64,000 nt of DNA from a virus, in the IMG/VR virus record IMGVR_UViG_3300032236_001727, positions 1 through 64,000 of that record. One strand, written 5' to 3'. Shown in pieces: positions 53,533-63,133 of the stretch. The translations under genes and the position numbers were made by a program. Numbering within the stretch: position 1 is the first letter of the stretch; every line of letters starts with the position of its first letter. A model generated the notes under the pieces. That model saw only the letters and a list, made by a program, of their open reading frames with translations. It searched no databases and had not been told where the DNA came from.

Positions 53533-55380
53533 TTATAAAAATTCTTCATTTATTATCTTATTTGCATGTTTTATTGTTTCTTGAATAGCTCGCTGGCCAA
53601 ATGTAGTTACTGCTGAAGAAAGAATTTTATGGCCATCTGTAAAGCGCCAAGAATTGATGGCAAAAGCACCATAAATACTGTTAAGGGCTATTTTGAAAGA
53701 GTGTTGTTTCATGTGGAATAGTTCCCCCTTCACCTTATCTCCATCTTTATAAGCTTTTTTCATAGCATTTTTAAACTCTTTTCTCATATTAAACCACTCA
53801 GCTAGTAATTCAGCAACTATACTAGGCTTATCTGTTGAAAAAATCACTCCATTAGCGGATACTGTCCAATTATTTTCAATAATTGTTTCTATAAGATCTT
53901 TAATTTTTATTTTTCCAGATTTTAAGGTATATGTTCTTTTATCTAGTTTTTCTAATGTTACTATTTTTTCAGGGTCTTCTTCTCTTAGCTCTTCTAAACT
54001 ATACCAACAGTTATAATTTGGGTTGTCTATAACAATCCTAGCTTTTAATGTTTCTATTCCTAAATTTAATGATCGTATGATTGAAGGATACAAACTAGCA
54101 AAGTCGGCATTTATACTCCAGTTATGTAATCCTACTTGAGGATCTAAAAGAAATCCACCAGCATATCCTTCTTTTTTTCTAACAGATTTTAAAAATCTAG
54201 TTATGAAAGCACCTCCTTTGGTTTTAACAATAACTTGTTTATTATCAATTTCATGTACTGTTCCCTCTATAGTAGGTGTTCCTCTTTGGTGTACTACATA
54301 ATCTCCAACTTCTAATTCTCTTATAGATGGATTAACTGTTGTAGGTTTGTTAGGGGCTATAATGTTTTTTCTCTTAAGGTAAGTAAGTATAGCACCTTCA
54401 TTTAATTCAGTGTTATAGTATATTGATTCATAAGGTGTATGACATAGATGTGATATTAGAACAGTTAGTTCAATAAATTTCAATTTATTTTCTAATGCTT
54501 CTAATATTTCAACATCTCGTATGTTATACTCTATAAATTTGTTCTTATTTTCTTTAAATAAGGCATCCAAAGAGCCATTATATTCTATTTTACCTAATTT
54601 AACATATTTGGTTCCTATATCTCCTAATTTGTATGATGTTTCCTCTTTAGTAATATACTTTTTAAATAAAAGCATAAAATCAAGACAATTAATCAAACCT
54701 ATTTTTATAGGAGATTTAGAATTGTTTAGGTCTTCTGTTATTTTACCTATAGGGGATAATCTATATACTTCATCACCCATTATCTTTTTTATCCTATAAT
54801 ATAGATATGGCATATCAAAAAAATCACTATTCCAACCTACAACAATAGTAGGATCTATTTCTTCCCATTTGCTTAAAAAATTTCTTATTAATGTTTTTTC
54901 ATCAATACAAGAAATGATATGTTTATTTTCTATAGATATAGACTCTATTTCTTTATTTTTATCTAGAATAAAACATATAGTTTGCTTATTATTTACATCT
55001 AGTAAAGCAATAGAAGTTATTTCAGCTTTAGCTTCTTTAATAGTGTATTCATTTAAAGCGCCTATAATTTCAATTTCTATATCTAGATAAACCAGATTAT
55101 GAAATGAAGGTTTATCATCACTCTTGTAATATTGGTCTCTAAGTAGTACCAACTCTTTAGAAATATCTTTTTCATATATCGTGGGGTCATTTCTATCATA
55201 TTTTCCAGTTATTGGGGAACAACGATCTCCAAACAATGTTGTATATTCACCATATTGATCTAATTTATATAATGTTGGATTATATTTGAATTTAGAAATG
55301 TGTTTCTTATCATCACGTAAGAAGTAATGATAAGCATCTGGATCGTTTTTGTCTCGGACATAATAAAGAGCTTGATACAT
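53533..55380 (-). CDS. Family B DNA polymerase, N-terminal part (3'-5' exonuclease, motifs A and B)
   Basis: DIE, GWNSDFFD, YNIRDV, DFASLYPSII and KIALNSIYG motifs. Confidence 0.93.
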   Translation of the reverse strand: MYQALYYVRDKNDPDAYHYFLRDDKKHISKFKYNPTLYKLDQYGEYTTLFGDRCSPITGKYDRNDPTIYEKDISKELVLLRDQYYKSDDKPSFHNLVYLDIEIEIIGALNEYTIKEAKAEITSIALLDVNNKQTICFILDKNKEIESISIENKHIISCIDEKTLIRNFLSKWEEIDPTIVVGWNSDFFDMPYLYYRIKKIMGDEVYRLSPIGKITEDLNNSKSPIKIGLINCLDFMLLFKKYITKEETSYKLGDIGTKYVKLGKIEYNGSLDALFKENKNKFIEYNIRDVEILEALENKLKFIELTVLISHLCHTPYESIYYNTELNEGAILTYLKRKNIIAPNKPTTVNPSIRELEVGDYVVHQRGTPTIEGTVHEIDNKQVIVKTKGGAFITRFLKSVRKKEGYAGGFLLDPQVGLHNWSINADFASLYPSIIRSLNLGIETLKARIVIDNPNYNCWYSLEELREEDPEKIVTLEKLDKRTYTLKSGKIKIKDLIETIIENNWTVSANGVIFSTDKPSIVAELLAEWFNMRKEFKNAMKKAYKDGDKVKGELFHMKQHSFKIALNSIYGAFAINSWRFTDGHKILSSAVTTFGQRAIQETIKHANKIINEEFL

Positions 55381-55887
55381 TTATTTGTTTGTGCAGTTTT
55401 CTATTTCTTCTTTAGTAAAGAATTGTGCTAAATTTGGTCTGAAATAGTTTATAGATTTTAGTACTTTTTTATCTCTTTGTCTGTATACTACCCAAACATT
55501 TTCTTTTATTTGTTCAAAATAGGTAGCTTCACCTACTCTCTCAGCTTCATGTTTTGCAGTTTCAATAGCTTCTTGTTCACTACTACATGCTTTAGATAGA
55601 TTAGAACGTTGTATTTCATTGTATAAATCTTGGAATCTATCTTTTAGGCCATGTTGCATAATACCATTGCATAAAACATACATTATATCTCCAAGAGCAT
55701 CAGCTACTTCTATTATATCTCCATCCTCACAAGCTTCTTTATATTCATTTAATTCTTCTAAAATAAAATTATAAATGAACATCCAGGATTTAGTATCAGG
55801 TATAGTGGGAGTATGACTATTTGATTCAGATTTACCCATGGTTTCATTAAAAATCTCTACTTCACTAATAAAAGGTATCGTTTTCAT
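55381..55887 (-). CDS. MazG-like/PRA-PH nucleotide pyrophosphohydrolase
   Basis: EELNE...EVADALGDIMYV...SNLSK. Confidence 0.85.
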   Translation of the reverse strand: MKTIPFISEVEIFNETMGKSESNSHTPTIPDTKSWMFIYNFILEELNEYKEACEDGDIIEVADALGDIMYVLCNGIMQHGLKDRFQDLYNEIQRSNLSKACSSEQEAIETAKHEAERVGEATYFEQIKENVWVVYRQRDKKVLKSINYFRPNLAQFFTKEEIENCTNK

Positions 55888-55898
55888 ATTTCTAGTAT

Positions 55899-56534
55899 TT
55901 AAAGGTTATGGCCGTTTTTTGAAATGGCGTGTAAAAATTCTTCTCGGATCATGTTGTTTGATTCCATAAACACACCACTAAATTTATTAGTAGTCATTGT
56001 ACTTGTAGGATGTTTAATTCCTCTATTAGAACAACACATATGTTTAGAAGCAATACTAACTGCTACTGAATTACATTCTAGTTTTTCTGATAGGAATGTA
56101 TGTATTTGTTGGGTTAATGATTCTTGCATTTGTGGGCGACGAGCAAACCAATCTACAACGCGGTTAAGTTTAGATAATCCTACTACTTTTTGTGAAGGGA
56201 CATATGCTACTGATGCATATCCTGTAAATGGTAAATTATGATGGGCACAAAGTGATACTACAGGTATTCCTGTTTGTATAACAACCCCATCATAATTTTC
56301 TTCATTAGGAAATACAGTAATGCTAGGTCCCTCTGTTACAGAACCTACAATAAGATCTTTTAACCAGGCTTTAGCTACACGTTTAGGAGTAGATATTGTT
56401 TGAGGATCGGCTTCATAATCAAAGCCTACTGCTTTCAAGAATTCACCATAATGTTCAGATGCTTTTTTAAGCATAAATTCAATTTCAAGAGGAGTACGAG
56501 GTTGATTTTCGTTTGCTTTTTTAAGTAATTCCAT
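55899..56534 (-). CDS. folE: GTP cyclohydrolase I
   Basis: TPKRVAK, SLCAHH.LPF, GLSKL.R, RRPQMQE, HMC...RG. Confidence 0.95.
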   Translation of the reverse strand: MELLKKANENQPRTPLEIEFMLKKASEHYGEFLKAVGFDYEADPQTISTPKRVAKAWLKDLIVGSVTEGPSITVFPNEENYDGVVIQTGIPVVSLCAHHNLPFTGYASVAYVPSQKVVGLSKLNRVVDWFARRPQMQESLTQQIHTFLSEKLECNSVAVSIASKHMCCSNRGIKHPTSTMTTNKFSGVFMESNNMIREEFLHAISKNGHNL

Positions 56535-56555
56535 TTTTTATTATTTATTGTTTAT

Positions 56556-57128
56556 TTATTTTTTTCTATCGTCATATTCTAATACACCTTTTGCTTTAGC
56601 ATATTCAGATATTTCGTGTTTTCTTTTTAAATTAAAATTGTTCCATTCTTTAGTAGAAATACTTTCTGCTAAACATTCTGTATAGCAGTTTGGAGTTTCA
56701 TAGATGGTTACTTTATGTATTTTTAAACCTGTCTTAGAATCTTTGTATAGAGTATTTGATAGTATTTCCATAGCTAAAAATATTTCTTTAGCAATGTTTT
56801 CTACTGATGGATTGCAATATTCATCTGCTCCATTTAGGCTCATTAACCATAGTTTAGTTTTATATTCACAGGTAGTTTCTATTAGTTTAGAATCTTTAGG
56901 ATTTAATATCATTCCATGATCTATTATATCATCTATCCATTGACAGAACACACGTTTAATTTCTTTAAAATCAATAGCGTATCCTATTTCTTCCATACTT
57001 TCAAAAGAAAAGGTAAGTTCATATAAATAGGTATGACCATGAATATTAAAACATTTCATAAATTCATTCATAACTCTATGACCGGAGTCAAAGTTACCTT
57101 TACGTGTTATATATTGGGTATTTTTCAT
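56556..57128 (-). CDS. queD: 6-carboxytetrahydropterin synthase
   Basis: FDSGHR...C.NIHGHTY, IDF..IK, DH, PSVEN, ET. Confidence 0.9.
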   Translation of the reverse strand: MKNTQYITRKGNFDSGHRVMNEFMKCFNIHGHTYLYELTFSFESMEEIGYAIDFKEIKRVFCQWIDDIIDHGMILNPKDSKLIETTCEYKTKLWLMSLNGADEYCNPSVENIAKEIFLAMEILSNTLYKDSKTGLKIHKVTIYETPNCYTECLAESISTKEWNNFNLKRKHEISEYAKAKGVLEYDDRKK

Positions 57129-57129
57129 A

Positions 57130-57375
57130 TTAATTGTTATAAAAGTTAATTACTTCTTGTTTATTCCTTACACCTGTAAAACGTTTTAATTCAGTACCAC
57201 TATTTACAAGTACTACTGTTGGCACACTACGGATGTTATATTTTACAGTTAACACACTATTTTGATCAGTATCAATAAAATCTACAGGTATGTTTTGAGA
57301 AACCTGTTGCATAATTGGTTTGAAAGTTCTACATGGTGAGCATGTATTAGAACTAAAGTAGAGGAGTTTTTTCAT
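57130..57375 (-). CDS. Thioredoxin
   Basis: CSPC, IRSVPT. Confidence 0.9.
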   Translation of the reverse strand: MKKLLYFSSNTCSPCRTFKPIMQQVSQNIPVDFIDTDQNSVLTVKYNIRSVPTVVLVNSGTELKRFTGVRNKQEVINFYNN

Positions 57376-57566
57376 ATTATAAAATCTTGTTCTTTAATTA
57401 ATTCGTTTATTTTGCTTTTAAGATATTTTGTACCAGACATTCTTACAGGTTGATATTCAGACCAGTCAGAGGAAAAATAAAATTCACCATATCTAAATCC
57501 TGCAAATACTTGATTGTATGAATCTAGTACAACGTATAGTTGCTCTTTTTCTATTTTCTTTTTCAT
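57372..57566 (-). CDS. Hypothetical protein
   Basis: 64-aa ORF. Confidence 0.55.
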   Translation of the reverse strand: MKKKIEKEQLYVVLDSYNQVFAGFRYGEFYFSSDWSEYQPVRMSGTKYLKSKINELIKEQDFII

Positions 57567-57603
57567 ATTGTAAATATAATAAGAATTTTTGAAAAAGACA
57601 AAG

Positions 57604-57939
57604 TTATTGTTTTTCTTTAAAAATATCTTTTAAATCTACACCTACTAACTCTGCAACTTTTTTTAGAAGTTCAATTTTTTCTTCTACTTCACATTCAGGT
57701 TGGTTATGTATTTCATCATATCTAATTGCTTTTTTAAGCAACTCTTTCATTTCAAGTACTTCTTTTTTAAGTTCTTGAAATTCTTCGTTTGATACACCTG
57801 TTGGCCATCTAAACGTATCTGGTTTTGATACAAATGGGTTATTACCTGGAGGTATATTTGTAATTGTAGGTTGAATGTGAGGCTCTACCCATCTCCATTT
57901 TTCAGAATAATGATCGCCTACCATAGATACTACGCACAT
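57604..57939 (-). CDS. Conserved hypothetical phage protein
   Basis: MCVVSMVGDHY...A..YD....QP.C pattern. Confidence 0.7.
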   Translation of the reverse strand: MCVVSMVGDHYSEKWRWVEPHIQPTITNIPPGNNPFVSKPDTFRWPTGVSNEEFQELKKEVLEMKELLKKAIRYDEIHNQPECEVEEKIELLKKVAELVGVDLKDIFKEKQ

Positions 57940-57977
57940 ATTATTTATTTAATTGTTATTTAATTGTTGTATATATA

Positions 57978-58859
57978 CTAAACATTGAGAGTCTTGTCGT
58001 AAGCACTAATATGAAGGCGTGACAAACCAATAAACTTATATTTTTTAGCCATTTCAAATACAAATTGAGTACGTTCATGAAAGTCGGCTTGTGAATCTAA
58101 TCCAGGCATGCAAACTACATTCTTCAAAGGGATATTAAAAGGTTCAATAAAATCTGTAAATACTTCTTTTACATCTTCTTCAGTTGAAATTACAAACTTG
58201 AATTGATAATTTTTATGTTCCATTATACGTTTAATAGCTTCCGGAACAATTCTTTTATTATCTGCTTGTCCTGAATTTTTTAGTTTAGGTGAGCAATTAA
58301 TTTGGTCTAGTATAAAAAACAATTCATCATTAATATAGATAGTACCATTAGTTTCTATTTCGTCATATGTCGGTGTTTTGACAAATTGCTTTCCAGACTG
58401 TATATCATAATAACTTTTAATATATTCTAAAGCTTCATTATTGTCATTTAGTTTATATAAGTAGTCATGAAATTTTGTAATTGCTTCTTGATGTTTAAGC
58501 ATTGTAGGCTCACCACCAGTCCAAATGATATGTATTAAGCCACTGTTAATGTCTTCGTAAATACCTTGAGATTTCCACTCGTCAATTAAATATTGAAAAG
58601 TTTTTTCTTCACCTCTCCAAGCCCATTGTGATGTACTATCACAAGTCCAAGTAGCTTTACCTTCAAGTTCTAAATCACCTTTGAATATTTCACCATCTGC
58701 TAATTCTTTATTCTTTTTAAGTTGTCCTAAAAATTTAGCAGACATTCCACATTGAAGATTACATAATGCCAATCTAACAAAATAGGAAGGAACACCTGTA
58801 GATTTACCTTCACCTTGTACTGAATAAAAGTCACTTGATATTAATAATTTATTTTCCAT
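57978..58859 (-). CDS. queE: 7-carboxy-7-deazaguanine synthase (radical SAM)
   Basis: FYSVQGEG...G....FVR...CNLQC, TGGEP, IETNG, SPK, KFV, RLH. Confidence 0.9.
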   Translation of the reverse strand: MENKLLISSDFYSVQGEGKSTGVPSYFVRLALCNLQCGMSAKFLGQLKKNKELADGEIFKGDLELEGKATWTCDSTSQWAWRGEEKTFQYLIDEWKSQGIYEDINSGLIHIIWTGGEPTMLKHQEAITKFHDYLYKLNDNNEALEYIKSYYDIQSGKQFVKTPTYDEIETNGTIYINDELFFILDQINCSPKLKNSGQADNKRIVPEAIKRIMEHKNYQFKFVISTEEDVKEVFTDFIEPFNIPLKNVVCMPGLDSQADFHERTQFVFEMAKKYKFIGLSRLHISAYDKTLNV

Positions 58860-59064
58860 TTTTCTTAGTTTTTTTAGGCTTAGGTTCAGCTATTGTTGTT
58901 TCTGTAACTACTGCTGTTTCTATAACTTGTTTTTTGTTAAAGTCTCTAATGTTTGTTTTCCATTCGTTTTTTGGACAGTATTTCCATCCTTTTACAGAAA
59001 CAAATGCTTCAGCTTCTGTTTCATTTACTCTTTTGTACTCCAACCCTTTTTTGATAGTCTTCAT
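58849..59064 (-). CDS. Hypothetical protein
   Basis: GWKYCPKNEWK motif. Confidence 0.65.
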   Translation of the reverse strand: MKTIKKGLEYKRVNETEAEAFVSVKGWKYCPKNEWKTNIRDFNKKQVIETAVVTETTIAEPKPKKTKKNGK

Positions 59065-59087
59065 TGTATTTTATTTTTGTTTTGTTT

Positions 59088-59573
59088 TTAAATTTTATTT
59101 ATTTCAGAAGCAACATACAAAGCATTTGCATATGGGACTCCTATTCTTTCAATTACTTTTTGTGCAGTAATAGCATCTATATCAAACATTTCCCTATGAT
59201 CATTTATTCTGTTTTGATTTAGGTATTTATGAACTTCTTGTTCTAAATATCTTGAACCATAACATCTAAATTTATATACAGGTATCCAGGGTGTAGGAAC
59301 ACCAGTTGCTGCATTTATTTGTTTAGCTCTTTCTTCTACAGTACTTGTTGTCATTCCTATTTTAACCATACCAGGCATTGATTGATTTACTAAAACATAT
59401 ACCCATTCTGGTTTACGGATAGCTCCTGAAGGATCTACAATAGGTTCATGTAAATATATTATTTCTTCCCATCCGTTTTCTTGTGGAATTCTAGTATAGT
59501 ATTCCGCGTTATGGGATGAACCATCTGTTGCTTGTATGTACATCCATGCTTCTTTAGGTTCAATATATTTCAT
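59088..59573 (-). CDS. T5orf172/GIY-YIG-like domain protein
   Basis: VYVL.N.SMPG.VKIG.T....ER...TGVP.P...E..VH..L...RE.F. Confidence 0.85.
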   Translation of the reverse strand: MKYIEPKEAWMYIQATDGSSHNAEYYTRIPQENGWEEIIYLHEPIVDPSGAIRKPEWVYVLVNQSMPGMVKIGMTTSTVEERAKQINAATGVPTPWIPVYKFRCYGSRYLEQEVHKYLNQNRINDHREMFDIDAITAQKVIERIGVPYANALYVASEINKI

Positions 59574-59574
59574 T

Positions 59575-60423
59575 TTAAGAATGTACTTTATGTTCTGATA
59601 GTACTTCGCTTACATGCTTTACAACATCATTCCAAGAAACAACACCTGTTTCATCTTCATAAGTTATTGGGTCAGGAAGTCCTAGTTTAATAAATGCTTC
59701 TATTCTTTCTACTGAAGATGCTGATTTGTAATCACTATTTCCTGAAGGATATGGTTTATATGATGTACTAGTAAGTTTATATACATCATTAAATTCAAGA
59801 TTCATTTGTTCACAATATTGTAGACCATGTTGAAGAATTTCATATTTGCCTATTTCTAAAAATGGTGTATAATATGTTACTTTTTCACTTCCCCAATTTC
59901 CTAATTTAAAAGCTTCATAATCAGCATCACGAAACTCTTGTCTACAATCAGGATAAATTTGGTGATCACCAGCGTGGATTCCTAATGCTACAACACAATT
60001 TGTGTTATTTTTTTCAGCTATAGATAAAGCAACGGCTTGAATTATACTACTGAATATCTTATTGCGATTAGGTACAACAGTCTCACGCATATTTTCAGCT
60101 TCATAATGTCCTTCAGGTACATCATTTCCTCCACTAACTAAAGATGAATTTAATAAGCTTGATAGTCCATCTAATTTAATTATTTGATGTTTAATATAGA
60201 ATGGATAATCAAATGTTTTACTTGATTCATCTACTTCAATATAACCATTTAAATGTTTAACTAATTCTGTTGCTCTTTCTAGTTCTACTTTATGTTTTTG
60301 TCCATAATCAAATGAGAGGCATGTTACATCATATCCTGAAGCTAAGAGATGAAGTAAAAGAGTACTTGAGTCCATTCCTCCACTCAACGATAGTACTGCA
60401 AACTTTCTGTCTGTGTTTTCCAT
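59575..60423 (-). CDS. queC: 7-cyano-7-deazaguanine synthase (Cys-less variant)
   Basis: SGGMDS, FDYGQKH..E, VPNRN, YPDCR. Confidence 0.92.
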   Translation of the reverse strand: MENTDRKFAVLSLSGGMDSSTLLLHLLASGYDVTCLSFDYGQKHKVELERATELVKHLNGYIEVDESSKTFDYPFYIKHQIIKLDGLSSLLNSSLVSGGNDVPEGHYEAENMRETVVPNRNKIFSSIIQAVALSIAEKNNTNCVVALGIHAGDHQIYPDCRQEFRDADYEAFKLGNWGSEKVTYYTPFLEIGKYEILQHGLQYCEQMNLEFNDVYKLTSTSYKPYPSGNSDYKSASSVERIEAFIKLGLPDPITYEDETGVVSWNDVVKHVSEVLSEHKVHS

Positions 60424-60433
60424 TTTTTATTGT

Positions 60434-60655
60434 TTATTGGTTAATATATTTTTCTAAATTAAAAAAAGATTCAATTACTTGTTTTGGATATGTAAAAATT
60501 CTACCACCATTATATGCTGAATGGGGGACTATTTTTTCACTAATAGGAGCATTGATAGATCTAGCAAAATTATACAATCTTTTTCCAGTTCCATCAGTAT
60601 CCTTTTTGTTGTTTCTGTACTCATACAGAGACATAAATTCTGTTTTATTTTCCAT
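60434..60655 (-). CDS. Hypothetical protein
   Basis: MSLYEY...TYP pattern. Confidence 0.65.
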   Translation of the reverse strand: MENKTEFMSLYEYRNNKKDTDGTGKRLYNFARSINAPISEKIVPHSAYNGGRIFTYPKQVIESFFNLEKYINQ

Positions 60656-60657
60656 TT

Positions 60658-61452
60658 TTAGTATTTTACAATGTTTCTAAATGCTTTTATATTATAATTT
60701 AATATACCCATATTTACTTTTTCTATAGGCATATCAAAGCAATTATTCATATTTAATTTAGGTTTTGAATGTATTCCTAAATGATTATAATGAATTCCTT
60801 CTAGAGCAGTCATTACTGGATTAGAAGTGTCTATGGAGTGTATACATTCTATGTCTTTATAAAGAGAAAATTCAAAAGGACATGATGTGCCAAGCAAATG
60901 TATTCTGTGATATTTATTTATAACATTTTTATCATATAACCAAGATATAACTTGTACTCGTCCTAAAGCTTTTCTAATATCTTTATCAGGATGGAAATTA
61001 AGAGTATCATAATATGGAAGGCCATATGTAAAAGCTAAACGTTTGTATCCTAAATCTAGATATGTTTGAACACAAGTTACAGTTTCTGTCAAATTATTGG
61101 CTTGTACTATAGCTATTTTGTCTACACCTTCAGGAAATTCTATTTGAGCCCATTCTCTAGCATTTACTATAGAGTCAGTACATTTACTCCAAACATCAGG
61201 AATAAAAAATGCGTTTGGTTTCAATTCATTTATCCAAAATAACAAACGATCTTTATCATATGCATGACCTAATTCATGAAGAGAATTATCCATCAATATG
61301 TATCTTTCCTTTTCTTTTGATTCATAGAAGAATTTTTTATATCCTTCATTTGAATCTAATAGGTGAGGAAGGCAATAATCTCCATCTGTTTCTTCTCTTA
61401 CATGATTCATGAGACATAATGGGGCTTCATGAAATACTTTTATTTTTTTCAT
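60658..61452 (-). CDS. TGT-fold protein, probable DNA 7-deazaguanine transglycosylase (DpdA-like)
   Basis: ILMDNS, PD, IVQ, HLLG and SIDTS motifs match the TGT fold; heads the queC/E/D/folE cluster. Confidence 0.7.
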   Translation of the reverse strand: MKKIKVFHEAPLCLMNHVREETDGDYCLPHLLDSNEGYKKFFYESKEKERYILMDNSLHELGHAYDKDRLLFWINELKPNAFFIPDVWSKCTDSIVNAREWAQIEFPEGVDKIAIVQANNLTETVTCVQTYLDLGYKRLAFTYGLPYYDTLNFHPDKDIRKALGRVQVISWLYDKNVINKYHRIHLLGTSCPFEFSLYKDIECIHSIDTSNPVMTALEGIHYNHLGIHSKPKLNMNNCFDMPIEKVNMGILNYNIKAFRNIVKY

Positions 61453-61503
61453 TAACTTTTATTTTTAATATACTAAAACTTTTTTAAGATTCCAAACTAT
61501 TTT

Positions 61504-62427
61504 TTAGAAAAGTGTATTAAAATTATCATTTTTTCTTATAAGTCTTGAATCTTCTATTTCTTTTATTACTTCAGGGTCTTCTCTTATTTGTTGAACTATT
61601 TGTTCTACATCTTCCTTAGGTTGGGTGTTTGTTTTTTTATTTTGAGCAAATATAAAATTAGCAGCTATAACCAAAGATATAGCTAAAGGATCAAATACTA
61701 ATATTATAGTAAGAATTAATATATTAACTATTTCATCCATTGGAATTTTAGTTAATTTTTCAAGATATTTTAGAGAGCCTAGTTCATTGGTTGTTATAGA
61801 TTTTGATTTAGTATCAAATACTTGATTTTGGAGATCAAGAATTTTAGAGTCAATACTATCTAGTCTATTGTTAATATTTTCTTGTCTTGTCAATGAATTA
61901 TTTAGTTGTTTTTCAAGAGATTTTCTATCAGATTCGGATGAAGTTACTACTAAATGTCCTTTTGTATCAGTATATGAAAGTTTATTATTTGCTAGTCCTG
62001 AACGTAATTCTGATGTACTTTTGCTTATGTTATTTTTTTCAACAATATATTCATTTTTTTGTTCATTTAATGAATTTATTTTTGTTTGTATCAATTCTAT
62101 TTTTAAATCAGTATTACTTAATTTATTTGATGTTTCTTGGTAAGCTGATGATAAAAATCCATACACACCTATAGAAGTAATTACCATTAATATAATACAT
62201 GCTATAGTTAGATATGTTTTTAATATCTTATTAATAGAATCCCAATATTGGTATAATAATGAAGCTATAATTAATTTAGATATTTCAAGTGAAGTAGCCA
62301 ATATTATTATCCCCACACCAGCTCCAGCAAATAATTTACTAAGACCACTTACAGAATAGTATGCTGCAGATCCTGATAATGATAAAGCAGATAATGCTAC
62401 TATATAAGGAAGTATTTTTTTACTCAT
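61504..62427 (-). CDS. Multi-TM coiled-coil membrane protein
   Basis: Three N-terminal TMs, coiled coil, C-terminal TM with FDPLA. Confidence 0.75.
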   Translation of the reverse strand: MSKKILPYIVALSALSLSGSAAYYSVSGLSKLFAGAGVGIIILATSLEISKLIIASLLYQYWDSINKILKTYLTIACIILMVITSIGVYGFLSSAYQETSNKLSNTDLKIELIQTKINSLNEQKNEYIVEKNNISKSTSELRSGLANNKLSYTDTKGHLVVTSSESDRKSLEKQLNNSLTRQENINNRLDSIDSKILDLQNQVFDTKSKSITTNELGSLKYLEKLTKIPMDEIVNILILTIILVFDPLAISLVIAANFIFAQNKKTNTQPKEDVEQIVQQIREDPEVIKEIEDSRLIRKNDNFNTLF

Positions 62428-62428
62428 T

Positions 62429-63115
62429 TTATATATTTATGTCTTCAATTTTTGTTATAGCTGATGGGGGGATATTATTCATCGTGTAATATCCTTGTTT
62501 ATAATTTGGGTCTTGATATAGTCTAATATAAGGTGTATAACTAGTATCAATTTTTAATAAGACCCAATCTCCATTTTTAGTATTAGCTTTAAATTTAGGA
62601 ACTAAAAATCTAGCATCTTTTTCAGTTTTAGCTAAATATACTCTGTCAGGATGATAAGATAGTTTAGATCTTGATTTTGGAGTTAATCCTATTTTTTCTA
62701 TTTTTGCCCAATTTTTTTCAGGAGCAACATGATAAAGAAATTCAGGTATTTTTTCTATGTAAATATCATATTTAGCTTCAAAATTAATAACAAGAGATTC
62801 ATCAAACATAATTTTACTTTCACTCCATTTACCTTTATATTCAGGTGTATACATATAGGCCGGGAACCATCCTAAGTTATTTATAGCTTTTAATAGATCA
62901 TCAACTTCTTTTTTGTTAGCTTTTTCAATGTTTATATTAAATGTATTAGCATCTTTATCAATTGTAAATATAAATTTAAATTGTTTTTTTAATAAATGAA
63001 TTGTTTGATTTATGTCTGTAGTTTTTATTAGACCCTCTTCAATATTGAGTTTCATTTCATCTCCATAATGTTTAAATAATATATCTATTAATTTTAAATC
63101 TCTGCTATTTATCAT
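62429..63115 (-). CDS. ADP-ribosyltransferase/Tpt1(KptA)-like NAD-binding domain protein
   Basis: LYH.......I...GL.P.....RVYL....A...LL.ID...Y....IPP..I. Confidence 0.6.
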   Translation of the reverse strand: MINSRDLKLIDILFKHYGDEMKLNIEEGLIKTTDINQTIHLLKKQFKFIFTIDKDANTFNINIEKANKKEVDDLLKAINNLGWFPAYMYTPEYKGKWSESKIMFDESLVINFEAKYDIYIEKIPEFLYHVAPEKNWAKIEKIGLTPKSRSKLSYHPDRVYLAKTEKDARFLVPKFKANTKNGDWVLLKIDTSYTPYIRLYQDPNYKQGYYTMNNIPPSAITKIEDINI

Positions 63116-63133
63116 GTTTTATATTTTAATAAG

